A stretch of 64,000 nucleotides of DNA from Chrysomallon squamiferum (Eukaryota; Animalia; Mollusca). The first letter of the stretch is position 1. The number at the start of each line of letters is the position of its first letter. The position numbers and the translations under genes are program-made. The stretch lies in assembly GCA_012295275.1 (NCBI GenBank), contig CM022665.1, positions 37,696,001-37,760,000 of the forward strand, in the 5' to 3' direction. Under the pieces are notes generated by a model. That model ran no database searches. It was not told where the DNA came from and saw nothing but the letters and a program-made list of their open reading frames with translations. Below are positions 11,902 to 23,420 of the stretch, piece after piece.

Positions 11902-14900
11902 TATATATTTAAATGTTTACTGTAACTGTATAAAAAATCATGTATCTAGTATAACAAATGAATCTCTTAATATCGAAATAAAAAACAAAAAAATTAAAAT
12001 AAGAAGAATAAGTTAAAAAAATAACATGAATAAACAAATATTAAAAAAAAAGAAAATTAAGACCATCTGCACATACCAAATTTAATGGAATTAAATCCTA
12101 TTTTTGCCGACTCTTCCTTCATAGCGGGACCTATGATAACAGGCTGACTGACTGGCTCGGCTATTTCAGGAACACCAGGTAAGCTTCTGCTGGATTCCCC
12201 ACCATCTGTTGAAGGAGACGAGTGGCTGGACACACTGTTACTCTGAACAGGTTTCAGAGTCGGCTGCATTTTGGATATCTTTGGAAGCTCTTCTTCTTCC
12301 TCTTCCTCTGAGGATTCTTCCTTGGTGGGTTCAGGTACAGCTACTGCAACAGTGACTGGTTCAATCTCAGGCAGAACAAATTTTGGGCGCAAGTGCTCTT
12401 CTTTTTCTTTTTCCATCTAGTATTTACAAATATATTAAATTTTATTGTCTGAAACATTTTATAGTTGTGGTTACAGAATTCAAAATACACCTAAATGAAA
12501 ACACTGATCAATCCAATTTTTGTATAAATAGTTTAAAATAAATGGAACAATACCAAAATATTTATTTAAAAAGTATTTTATTAAATCCATAAGGCTGTGT
12601 ATGTGTTTAATGGACTGCAAAAATACAATGCTACAGTTATTATGGATAAAACTTATCCCATCATAATAATGATAATGATAATTCATTTTCTATTGGATTG
12701 CTGACTTAAGTAGATTTAATTATTACTAGAAAAATAAATGCTTTAAAATAACAACTAGAATAATACAAAAACATTTGTTTATAAAATATTTTAATATTGC
12801 TTAAAACATTTCATAAGACTGCTGTAGTTACTTTCACAACTAACTATATGTTTAACTATTACCAAAAAAATATGTACCTTACGAACTCTAGCAAGTTCAG
12901 CCTCTGGGTCAGGATGACCCTCATCCATTAGCTTCCTCTTCAGTTCTTCAAACTCTTCTTTTTCTCTCTGCCTGTCTCTTGAATCAGCTTCTTTCTCCTT
13001 TTCACGTTCCTTTAATCGTCTAGCCAAGGCACTGCCCCTGAGAGAAAAACCAAAGAATAAAACACCATTAATAATAATTAAAAAAAACCAGAAAACAAAA
13101 TAAAGGTCTAATTTTCTGGGTTTTAATTAAACATTTAATTATGGTAACAATATGTCAGGAATTAGCAGTGACAAACATTACTTAGAATTACTAAGAACAC
13201 TTTCACTCAACTCACTTGAAATACTTAGGATCATCTCTGAGATCATCGTAATCTTCAAGAAACTCTTTCAGTCGCCTAGCCTCTCTTTGCTATAACAAAA
13301 ATAAAAAATAATTAAGCATAAGAATCCTTTATCTTTATTTGGATTACAGAAGTCTTCTCAAATGACAAACTAGCTTTAGGTTTTAAAAATTTGTTTTAAT
13401 AAATGATACTTTTCAATCAAATGTTAAAAAACTGCGTTTTTTCTCTTTTTATACAGCTGAAATTGTTCTGTAATTGAAATCTAATATTAAAAACAAAATG
13501 TTTTATAAAATTCATAACTGGATGAATAAATATTTGAATAAAATCTGTGATCACCAATTCTACTTTTAAGACTGCAGTTTAAATGGAAAGACACGTATTA
13601 GATTTTCGTTACCTCATCCTGTTTTCTCTCTTCTTCTCGCTCTTTTTCTTTATCATATTCCCTTGATTTCTTCCTTTCGCGAGCCTCCCAGTTATTTAGT
13701 CGCTGAATATAAATATGAAACATTTTAAATTTATGTCTAAAATTTGAAGCATTTATCAAAAAATAAAAACAACAGTAATCCTCTATTATTTTAGTGGTAC
13801 ATGTAGCAGTAACAAATATGAAAATTATTTGAGGGTTTTTTTGTGAAGAAAACCTTATCTAGATCAATTATGTTCTCTCTCTTTCTCTCTCTGTGATGAG
13901 ATGATTTGCTTTCTCACTTTCTTTATCTAAAAGAATTATTGGAGGACAAACCTCTTTATAGGCAGCTTCTTTTTCTCTTAACTTTTTCTCTGCCTTTCGT
14001 CGCTCATAGGCCTCCTCCTCTTCTTCTGTCTCCCTCTCTCTCCGTCTGTCCAAATAAACAATACAGTTACTAATAACCTGAATTTTCTAAGTAAGTCTTA
14101 AGCAAAAGAAAAACTAGGTACAAATATTATTAATTTTTAGAATTTATCTCAATCCACTTCTATATATATTTATTTATTATTTAACATGTTGTTTTTTTTT
14201 GTTGTTTTTTTAATTCTGACTGTTCAGAGAAAACCTGTAACCTAAACAGTTATTAATGTAGACCAACCCTTCACTGCTCATGTATCAGGGAATTATTTTA
14301 AAACTATGTAACCTTTTTTATCATTAAAACAATGTTTCAGTTTAGTGCAAGACAAATGTCTAAAGCTTGCCTCTCTCTGGATCTGTCTCTTGACCGTTCT
14401 TTTGACCTAGATCGCCTTCGTCTTCTTGGAGACATAGATCTGGTACGAGACCTTGACCGTGTCTTTGTTCTTTCTCTCAAAATAACTTTTTCTCTTTCTC
14501 GCAGTCGTTCCCTCTCCTTCATCTGTTCTTGTCTTCGTCTTTTCTCTTCATATCTCCTCTCCTTTTCTTCAAGACTTTCTTCCTTTTCTTCTTCTCCCTG
14601 TAATTATAGCAGATTATGTTTTTCTCAGTAATGCTTCAGACATGAATAATATTTGTTATGTTAAAAGTTGCTTAAAAAACAATATCTAAACAGCTTGAAA
14701 GCTAAGATATGAAACTGATTATTTTCACTGAACACAATTTTTATTTTTTTTTAATTATAAATAAAAAAGATGTTAGTGATACTAAGTTTATCAAAGATTA
14801 AATTACAATCCATTTTTGCACCTAAGAAAATTAAAAAATTTTTAAAAGAAAATTATTTATTCTTAAATTAGGTAAAAATAATTTTTAATGACAAATTTCA

Positions 14901-17900
14901 GCAGGTCTGAAGAATACTTATTATTTTATTTCAGTATTATTATTAGTTGTTTAGAATGTCGGTCCACCAAAAGAAAATTATGATAAAACCATATCCATAT
15001 TTATTACAAGTGGAGAGAAAGAGCAATAATTGCACGAAAAAACTCCACAATAAAATAAAATAAGAAATTAAAATAATGGGTTTAGCAGTATTTGAGATCA
15101 TGAAAATAGATTTTGATTCTTTTCGTTAATTAGTGAATATGATATGGACTTACAAATGTAGTTTCTTAAAAAAATGTAATTCCCTTTGAAAACAAAACTG
15201 AAGTTTTTGTTAATTCCACTAAGTCATCAGTACTTAAAGGTATAAAAATTATGTTAAAATAAATATACTGAGGTTTAAAAATAATAATAATAATAAAAAA
15301 CATCTTTAAAGAAAAAAGAGTTTTAAAATATGCATACATTTACTCAAATGGCTACACTGTATTACAACAATGAAGTCCAATACATATTTTTTAACAATGG
15401 ATATTTGTGGGGAAAAAAAAAGAAAAAAAAAAAAGAAGAAATAATAAAACAAACTCAAACAGATGGTAAGACATGAAAGAGAAAGCTGTCAAAATTCAGT
15501 CTAGCCTTCCATGTCAACCAACTTCCTTCAATACATTTTGCAAAAACATCCAGAAACAATGACTTCTTGTAATATCAGGCAGCTCTGAAATCAATTCAGT
15601 TTGTTTATAAAAATATACATGTAAATATAAAGCTAGATAAATAAATGTTTATTTAAATATACATTATCAAGTGTCAGGACTGGTTGCTACTATTTAAGCA
15701 TACCCAATCCGATACCAAGGTACTACATAGTACTTCTCTTCCTGCTTCATGCTGTGCTCAATTCCACTTCACTGGCCACGCCAAAAGAAACTTTCACAAG
15801 AGATTGTCTCAGCATCTGTATACTGCTACTAACATAAAAGTACAAGGGTTATGTAAACCTGCAGCCTTTTGAGGCTCAAATCAAGTTACTTTTAAAAAAA
15901 AAAAAAAAAAATGAAACCGTAATTTCTCTTCCTGATCTATCTGTATTCTTTATTGCATTATCCTCCATTTTGTTGTATTTAAAGTATTTTAGTATTCAGA
16001 TTTCAGAACACAGCTGTTTACATACCATCCTAAAAGTAGGATTTCCATTTAGAATGTACAACTTGTAAAAAGCACTAAAATAAATACTGAAATGTGTTTA
16101 TATATTGGTATTTTTATGCTGTTTGTTTTCCTGTAAAACATGGCAACTTTAGACCTGGTTATTATAGGATTTTCAAAAAAACTACTACATTTTTTTTTTT
16201 TATAAATATTTCAAAGTATGTGTTTAGTTATTTTATCAATTTATAAAAATAAAATTTAAACCATTTTACGTATCTATTAAAATGGCAGGGGGAGGGAATA
16301 AGAAAAAAATAAATAAAATGGAAACAATTCATTTTGCCATTAGTATGAAAATAAACACAACCTAATGATTGTATTTTAAATTTTAGCTACTTTTGACATT
16401 AAAGACATGTGTTAGCATTTTATTTGCTAATTTATTAAATGGCAACAGAACATCTTTGAAGCAGACACGACAAATCTGGAAATGAAAATGGTCAATTCAG
16501 CAAAGATAAAATATTCCACTACCTGCTTGCTCCATTGTAAACATTCAATCATACCTCAACATGGTGTGCACAGCCATGTTGACATGCATTCAAAATAGTG
16601 AATAATCTTGTTAAGTACTATCAAAGTGAGAAAAATGTAACTCACCTCTCTTCTAACTGCAACCTCAAGTCTAACAGGTTCAGAGAAAAACAAAGTAGAT
16701 GCACTAACCTTGTGTTAACTGGCACCAAAACCTCTTATTGAGAGAATGTTTTCTTTCAGTCAGTTTTTAAATATATTTATTTACTTATTTAATATAAATA
16801 AAGATATCTTTAATTTTTAACTTTTTTCATGTTTGCTCACTTTTCCTTGCATGTATAATGCATGTTTGTGCATGGCAGATTTGTCTATTTTAAGTTCTGC
16901 CACTTTCTGACAATAACCACTTTTATCAGACTTTATTTATCTCTTACGAAATCATCATCTACCTTACTAATTCTAACAACACTGATTTAATCAATTCTAA
17001 ACAATTACATTTTAATATACATTATATATGCAATGAGAAAAGCAATAACTTACCAAAATATTTATCCAGATGAGAATTATTGCTCCAAAGGCCTCGAAAT
17101 TCACAGAGGCATAAATTATTCATGATAATTATGTTATTCAAAATTTAGAAAAAATCAAAATTTGACTGCTTGGAATTAGACACCAGAGGAAAATTTGTGC
17201 ATTGGGAAAAATGTTTATATAGATTGATTGTTGAGGTATTCTGGCCAGGTCACAAAAATAGGAAAGTGCCACATTAAAAGATTTGAAAAGGAAAGATTCT
17301 ATATGCAACAAATCATTTAGAACCTGTTATTTTATTTAATAACTTTGTTTCTTTATTATTTTAAAACATCTGCTGCATCATATAAATTTTAATAATTTTT
17401 TCATCTTCTATATTCCATATACACTGAATATCATTTTCTTGAGACATTAAGACAAAATAAATGAAATCCTTTTTCAAAGGACTGTAATGTTCTTATTAGT
17501 TTAATTCTGGTGATTCTTGGCAAATCATTCTAGTTTTGTCTGCATAAATTTATCATTTATAAAACTCCATTATATTTCATATGCTTATGTGTACATAGTG
17601 ATTCTATAACTATCATGATTTCTTAAAAAAATTAATTAAAACAAAATTTAAAAAAATATAAAGAACTACAAGACAACTTTTCAATTCTGCATAAAGAGAC
17701 CCAACTGCAAAGCAAGCTTTTGTAACCTCAGAGAAAATGATGATCTGACAACCACTGGGAATTTCGAGACCTTCTGTTTAAAAACTTTACCTAACTCATT
17801 ACTTTTAACAGATTGAATTAACCCTATACTGTACTTACGAACTCTCCAAAAATTCAGATGGATATAAATGTTTCAATACACAAACGATATTTTGTTTCAA

Positions 17901-20900
17901 ACACTCACCAAACAAGGCCTCTTTATTTTATATTTTTACAGCTTTTTCGTCAAGTTGAGATGGTTGCCACTTAGTGGAATCTAGTGGTTTTTAGGTAATG
18001 AAATACAGCCTATTAATTTCAAGTCAGCAAAAGTGAATGAGATTGGAAACATTTTTTTTTTTTTTTTTTTTTTTTAAACAGCAAAATGTGATACACATTT
18101 GATCAATGAAAACAACCATGTAGTTATATTATACATTTTATGAACTACATGAAAAAAAAATTGTTTTTAAATTTTGGACTTTTGAAAATTTGAATTTTTT
18201 TTTTTTTTTAAAAAACATTTGGAAACATTAAATACCAAAAAAAATAAAATAAATAAATAGGCGCCATAAAAATTTTCAGTTCAAAAACAAAATGAAACTG
18301 GTTTTGTTGTTTCATGAAAATGCAAAATAATGGCACTGTTCCCAGTCTTTCATTTTGCTTGTTTTTTAAAAGCATCCCCATTATGGAAATTCAATTGCAT
18401 TTCCTTTTCTTTTCTTTGTAAAAGTAAATTAACATAATGCCAACATTTTACATCTTCATGAACTGAAGCAATATTACTGGCAAATTAGAACTTAGCCAAT
18501 AACATTTTTATGAATCTCTCTACCTTATGACGGTCTCGGAAGAAACGGATTTCACGGTTAATAAGATGTTTTTTATCTTCTTCCATCTCTAGATCATCAA
18601 GACCCTGAAGAGAGAAAGTTGAAAATTTCAATAAGCAAAAAATAAAAAATAAAAAATAAATAAATAAAAATAATAATAATGTCTTTTAAATAAAACCATA
18701 ATACAGATATAAAAATATAAAGAAACAAGATCAGTTATTTTTGAAATATTTCATTCAAATTAAATCAGCACTTTTTTGGTATCATTTTACATAAAATATT
18801 TATGTTAACTATTCTGAAGTAACTGAATTTATACTTTACCTGATCTTTAAGACTGCTTTCTTCAATTTTCTTTTTTGGAACTGGAGCCTTTTCTTTTGTT
18901 TCGAGATCTGAAATGATATGTTTCACCATGCTATAAATAAATTTTAAAATGTTTTTATCTGAATAAATAATTATCACATTTTTAAAGTTTCTCCATATTG
19001 TTCAAAATTTCTAACAGGATAAACAAAAAATAATTATTAAAAACCAAAACACAGCAACAACAGGGTAATGATAATTTTATCTTTCACATATATTACTTAC
19101 ATAAATAAGATAAAGAAAAAAATTAGTTGTCTAGGTATTTACAATGGTACATGCCTCTGATATCGAAGAGTGGAAGGAAGGAAGCCGTTATAATATGTCT
19201 ACAACCAACACAGGCCAAATAGTTGATGAAAGTAAAATACTAATTAATTTATGTCAGTAAGTGACAATAAACACAAACCATTAATACCAGGCTTGTTTAG
19301 CTCCATTGCATATTCACGCATGATTGCCTCAAGACCAGCCCGAGCTACTCTGTCTTCTCTTTGACTCATTTCATCTACTTCTTCCTTTTCAGAAGACTCT
19401 TCCCCATTCTCCTTTTCCTTTTCTTTTTCTTTTTCTTGCTCTTTATCTTTATCTTTTTCTTCATTCTCTGATTCACTTTTTTCTTTCTTTTCTGTTGTTT
19501 CTTCTTCTACCTTCTCCTTCTTTTTTTCTTCTTCATCTTTTTTTGACTTGTATTCGTCCAGAAGTGTTTTTGTCTTTGCATCAACTTTAACCTAAAAGCA
19601 CAATATTAATAAGCTGGTACACGTATATTATATATGCACACACAAGTGATAATATTAGTATAACAATTCAGTGAAAAGCTTTGAATATGTCTTAGATGAA
19701 CTCATTGTAATGCACAAAGGGTGTTCCGAAACAGACTGATGCTTAGACCTGTACTGCTTCAATTCTATACTGTAAGAATTTAATTACATACACACACACA
19801 CACATTTAAAATACTTAAATAAATTTCTTACCACAAGTTTCTTGTCACAAATATTCCACTCGTTTAATAATCTGATACATCTCAAGGTTGCCTCTGGATA
19901 TTCATATTCACAGAATCCAAAAGCTGTTGAAAAACAATAAAAGTAATTTCATAAAGAAGAAAACTAAAATGTTTAACTATATTCTAAACACAAAGTTATT
20001 AGTTTTTAATTAACTGTCCTATTTTTTTTTTTTTTTAAGTATATTTTGAAAATATTCCTTGCAACCTATTAATATTATGTACTTGTAGTGAATCTATAAA
20101 ATGTTCAAAACACGGATATGCACCTGTTATATATCTCTTTATTTAATATTAAAAACAAACCTTGAAGCTTTCCTGAAGCACCCTGCACTCTTTTCCAGCT
20201 CAATACATTTCCACATCTCTGAAAAAGAATTTTTATTTTTATATTTCACTCTCAGATTTAGTTATTATCTGTATTGGTGTCTGACTTAAATATATTTATG
20301 AAATAATGATAAAATATTAAAAGCAATAATAAACAAATATATAATAAAAGCTGAAAATAAAAACATATTTCTAATTTACTTTGGTTACATTTAGTATATA
20401 AGATGATCTTTAGAAGATGTTTAATATTTGATAAATATAACAGTTATAACATGAGAACAATGACAAAAAAAAAAAAAAAATCTAGTCACTTGCATTCTCC
20501 ATGTCAAGGGAAAAATCAAAATCAGACAAACACAAATAAATCAAAACCAACCAGTTTGTAAATGAAAAATTAGAGCTTTACAAATTTTAAAAAAACCCAT
20601 CAATATATCAGCGTCACAATCACAGCTTACCATACCTGTTCAGCAATGGGGATAAATCACTTATCATATTTGATGGCATCCAAATTAAATTAAGTCAAAA
20701 ACCAACCTGAAGCATTTGTTTTATCATCATATCAGGCGCCTTTTCACTGATATTACCAACAAACACTGTAGTTACAGGCGGCTTGTCTTCTTTCTTTTCA
20801 TCCTGAGGTTAAGAAAACAAATGTAAGGAATATGGATTAAAGAAGTAGCTCAATAAATGAAAATTGGATTGTATATGCTGATATTAAAAAAAAATAAAAA

Positions 20901-21961
20901 ATTTGGTCTACAGTAGTGAAAAGATGCAAAATAACATCAAACTGTTTTCATTTCCAGTAACAAGACAACAAAAATTAATAATAATCATACTGTTATAATT
21001 TGCTGGGTTTTTACCAATACAAATCTCAATATTTATTCCTTTTACATTTTTAAAAAATAAGAAGAGATTTTGTATTGCACTTGTGTTTTATTATTTAACA
21101 ACATTGTGTTATGTTTTTATCCCATACTATTAACATTACAAGCTTTTCACAACTATATAAAATTTTGTACCTTTTGAATTTCTTGAGGAACAAGCTTTTT
21201 CACTGGTGGTTTTGATGGTGCAGTTGATGGCATCATAGGACGCATCATTTGCTACAAGAACGATTACAACTAACTAATAAGTGGTTTTATTAATAAATCC
21301 ACATATATATTTGTAACATCTATAATTGTTGCTTCAATTACTCATTAAAAAATAAAATGAAAACTATTAATGACAAATCTAGTGTAGGCCATGCATTAAG
21401 GTCTTCCTCAAAGCATTTAAAATGTAGACAAAAAAAGTTAAATAAATCAGTGGAATGATAATTTTAAAAATTAATCAACATTTCTTAAGGATTAAAAAAA
21501 AAATAATAAGTGACATTTTATTTTCACTTACTGGTGGCGGTGCCATCATGCCCATGCCCATTGGCATCATACCTGTAAAAGCAAAGTTAAACATACAGCA
21601 AAAATAAAATATTTTGTTTCGGGTTTTTCATTTATATTATAAATGCAAATTATATGCTTTAAAAATTATCCTATATATAAAACATAAAAACAATAGCAAT
21701 CAAAATGTGACGAATTTATTAACAAATATTACATTAATGAAATACCAAAGTGATGTTTTATAAAAAAAAAAATAATAATAATAATAATAATAATAAAAAG
21801 TCTCATAAATTTTATCAGTTTGCATTCAAAAGAGATTAAAAATGAAACTATAAAACAAAACTATTACAACTAATAAAATATATACCCATTGGTGCAAAGG
21901 CATAACCCATTCCTGGACCCATGGGTGGCATACCCATTGGGTGTCGTGGAGGAAAAGACAT
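10544..21961 (-). CDS. RBM25: RNA-binding protein 25 (Snu71-like, U1 snRNP-associated splicing factor), ~793 aa, 18 coding exons
   Basis: Exons (-): 21961-21886, 21572-21532, 21251-21171, 20802-20707, 20218-20161, 19923-19832, 19591-19288, 18907-18840, 18604-18524, 14597-14371, 14045-13952, 13702-13613, 13289-13216, 13037-12887, 12416-12077, 11797-11529, 11305-11159, 10636-10544; phases all consistent (2382 nt). MSFPP start, RRM (TTVFVGNISEKA...WKRVQGASGKLQAFGFCEY), RE/RS-rich middle, PWI domain ending FVVKMWRLLVYETEAKKLGLVK*. Confidence 0.97.
11159..11305 (-). CDS. RBM25: RBM25 coding exon 17 (PWI: KPWVIKKIVEYIGEEEP)
   Basis: tttcag| ... AGG|gtaagc. Confidence 0.95.
11529..11797 (-). CDS. 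RBM25: RBM25 coding exon 16 (KRKLIPLDY...IPTAKEELF)
   Basis: ttgcag| ... CAG|gtacag. Confidence 0.93.
12077..12416 (-). CDS. RBM25: RBM25 coding exon 15
   Basis: ctag| ... G|gtatgt; matches ORF 12057-12416. Confidence 0.9.
12887..13037 (-). CDS. RBM25: RBM25 coding exon 14 (GSALARRL...HPDPEAELAR)
   Basis: tctcag| ... AGA|gttcgt (alternative in-frame donor AAG|gtacat at 12878). Confidence 0.88.
13216..13289 (-). CDS. RBM25: RBM25 coding exon 13 (RLKEFLEDYDDLRDDPKYF)
   Basis: gttatag| ... AA|gtgagt. Confidence 0.93.
13613..13702 (-). CDS. RBM25: RBM25 coding exon 12 (RLNNWEARERKK...)
   Basis: attcag| ... GAG|gtaacg. Confidence 0.92.
13952..14045 (-). CDS. RBM25: RBM25 coding exon 11 (EEEEEAYERRK...EAAYKE)
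   Basis: ggacag| ... GAG|gtttgt. Confidence 0.9.
14371..14597 (-). CDS. RBM25: RBM25 coding exon 10 (RE/RS-rich; GC donor)
   Basis: ttacag| ... GAG|gcaagc; 227 nt, phase 2 matches next exon. Confidence 0.85.
18524..18604 (-). CDS. RBM25: RBM25 coding exon 9 (GLDDLEMEEDKKHLINREIRFFRDRHK)
   Basis: cttcag| ... AAG|gtagag. Confidence 0.92.
18840..18907 (-). CDS. RBM25: RBM25 coding exon 8
   Basis: atttcag| ... CAG|gtaaag; phases fit. Confidence 0.85.
19288..19591 (-). CDS. RBM25: RBM25 coding exon 7 (VKVDAKTK..., K/E-rich)
   Basis: cttttag| ... G|gtatta; 304 nt. Confidence 0.9.
19832..19923 (-). CDS. RBM25: RBM25 coding exon 6 (AFGFCEY...DKKLV)
   Basis: tcaacag| ... GTG|gtaaga; RNP1. Confidence 0.93.
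20161..20218 (-). CDS. RBM25: RBM25 coding exon 5 (RCGNVLSWKRVQGASGKLQ)
   Basis: ctttttcag| ... G|gtttgt. Confidence 0.93.
20707..20802 (-). CDS. RBM25: RBM25 coding exon 4 (RRM RNP2, TTVFVGNISEK)
   Basis: cctcag| ... CAG|gttggt; 96 nt. Confidence 0.93.
21171..21251 (-). CDS. RBM25: RBM25 coding exon 3 (QMMRPMMPSTAPSKPP...)
   Basis: cttgtag| ... AAG|gtac; 81 nt. Confidence 0.85.
21532..21572 (-). CDS. RBM25: RBM25 coding exon 2 (MMPMGMGMMAPPP)
   Basis: ttttacag| ... |gtaagt; phase 1 to 0. Confidence 0.88.
21886..21961 (-). CDS. RBM25: RBM25 coding exon 1 (MSFPPRHPMGMPP...)
   Basis: Acceptor tttaag| at 21980, ATG 21961, donor G|gtatat. Confidence 0.9.
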
Positions 21962-23355
21962 TATGTCTTGTATGTGAACCTTAAACAAAATAAATAAAAA
22001 ATAATAAAATAAAATAATTATATGTATCAAAGAAACAACACAATAATATGTAAATATATGCTTTGAGCTAAACAAATTGAAACCAGCAATGTAATGGGAT
22101 GCAGGTCTTATTAAAGCAGTGCTCAGTGTTTATTTAGTGTCAAGTACTAGTAACAGTAATGTGTACAAATGCAACTAATTCACATACAAATAAAAAGAAA
22201 AATGATTTAAAATACAATAAAAATGTATTGGTGAAATTGATTAAAAAATAATAATAATAATTGAAAAAATAATAACAAAATAAAATAATTAAAAAACTAT
22301 CATCAATAATTTTTATAATAAACAGACTTTCTTGCCTCATAATTTCAACAGCACATTTATTAATATATTATTATTTTTTAATGGTTGCATGTTAATGAAT
22401 AGTGATCATACTTTACACTTACAGAGTTAGTAGTTACAGATTTGAAATAACAACTTATGATTATCATTATTAAAATTATGATTATTGAATTTATTCACAT
22501 GTAACGGACTTGCTAAATCTGACCACATTTGTAAAATCAATTATAATAATTACAAAATAATGGATTTAAAACTAGAAAAATAATCCAATATTTGTTTCTT
22601 GTTTATGCCAGTGCGTTATTATTTAAACAGATAATGTCCGTTAGCCAAAAGCTGCCATTGTCACAATGAAGTGTGATGGTTGTCTGGTCTTAACAAAACC
22701 GATATTAATAAAACATATTCATGACAGTTTAACAACTACAACATTCCGTCTAACAACATAACAAAGAAAATGTTAAACAAACCTAAAAATATTAAAGGAA
22801 ATTTTCACATCAGAAGCAAAAATGTTGGAAAAAATTACACATTCGGCCCGTTAATGGTTGCGATTGTTATTTTATTATTATGTTTTTGGTAATTCCTCCT
22901 TTGCTCCGCCTGCCTGTAAATATTTACAAACTATTACCTGAAGGGTAATTTGTACTAAAAGTGAACACTGATGATGGAAAGTATGTAAAAAAAAATAAAC
23001 CCACCCCAAAACCCACCCCACACACACAAACACACACAAAAACAAAAAACAAAAAACCAACACACATTTAATTTTAAATAGTAATAGAATGTGTGAAGCA
23101 TAAAACTGATAATTACAAATAAAACTTTGCAATCGTCGAAGCTCTCTTGAAAATAAATGATCAAAAATCGTTTTATTACATTCATTACCTCAACAAATTT
23201 TGATATTACATATTTTTAGGAATATGAAGTTACAAAAAACATTTGGAGCTGATGTTGTTGTTGTCGTTATTACTCAATTATTTGCACCGTTGCTCGATTA
23301 AAAAATGTTTTTAACTCTTGTAACTGGCCCATGAAATTATTTTAAACTTGCTTAC

Positions 23356-23420
23356 ATCGTTTCAGCCTTCAAGCACATTTGTGTTGGACAAATTCCATTA
23401 GCCTTGGGGCGAATGTTAGT
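23356..23420 (-). other. RBM25: Probable RBM25 non-coding first exon (5' end approximate)
   Basis: Strong donor GAT|gtaagc at 23355 at the edge of a CpG-rich patch; coding exon 1 begins with an acceptor 18 nt upstream of the ATG so an upstream exon is required. Confidence 0.6.

Noticed and set aside
19690-19775. Structured intronic stretch in RBM25 as H/ACA snoRNA
   Set aside because: Only one short hairpin visible and no properly placed H box; cannot be supported without a covariance search
21073-21084. TATTGCACTTGT resembling miR-92 5' end
   Set aside because: 3' half absent; no hairpin
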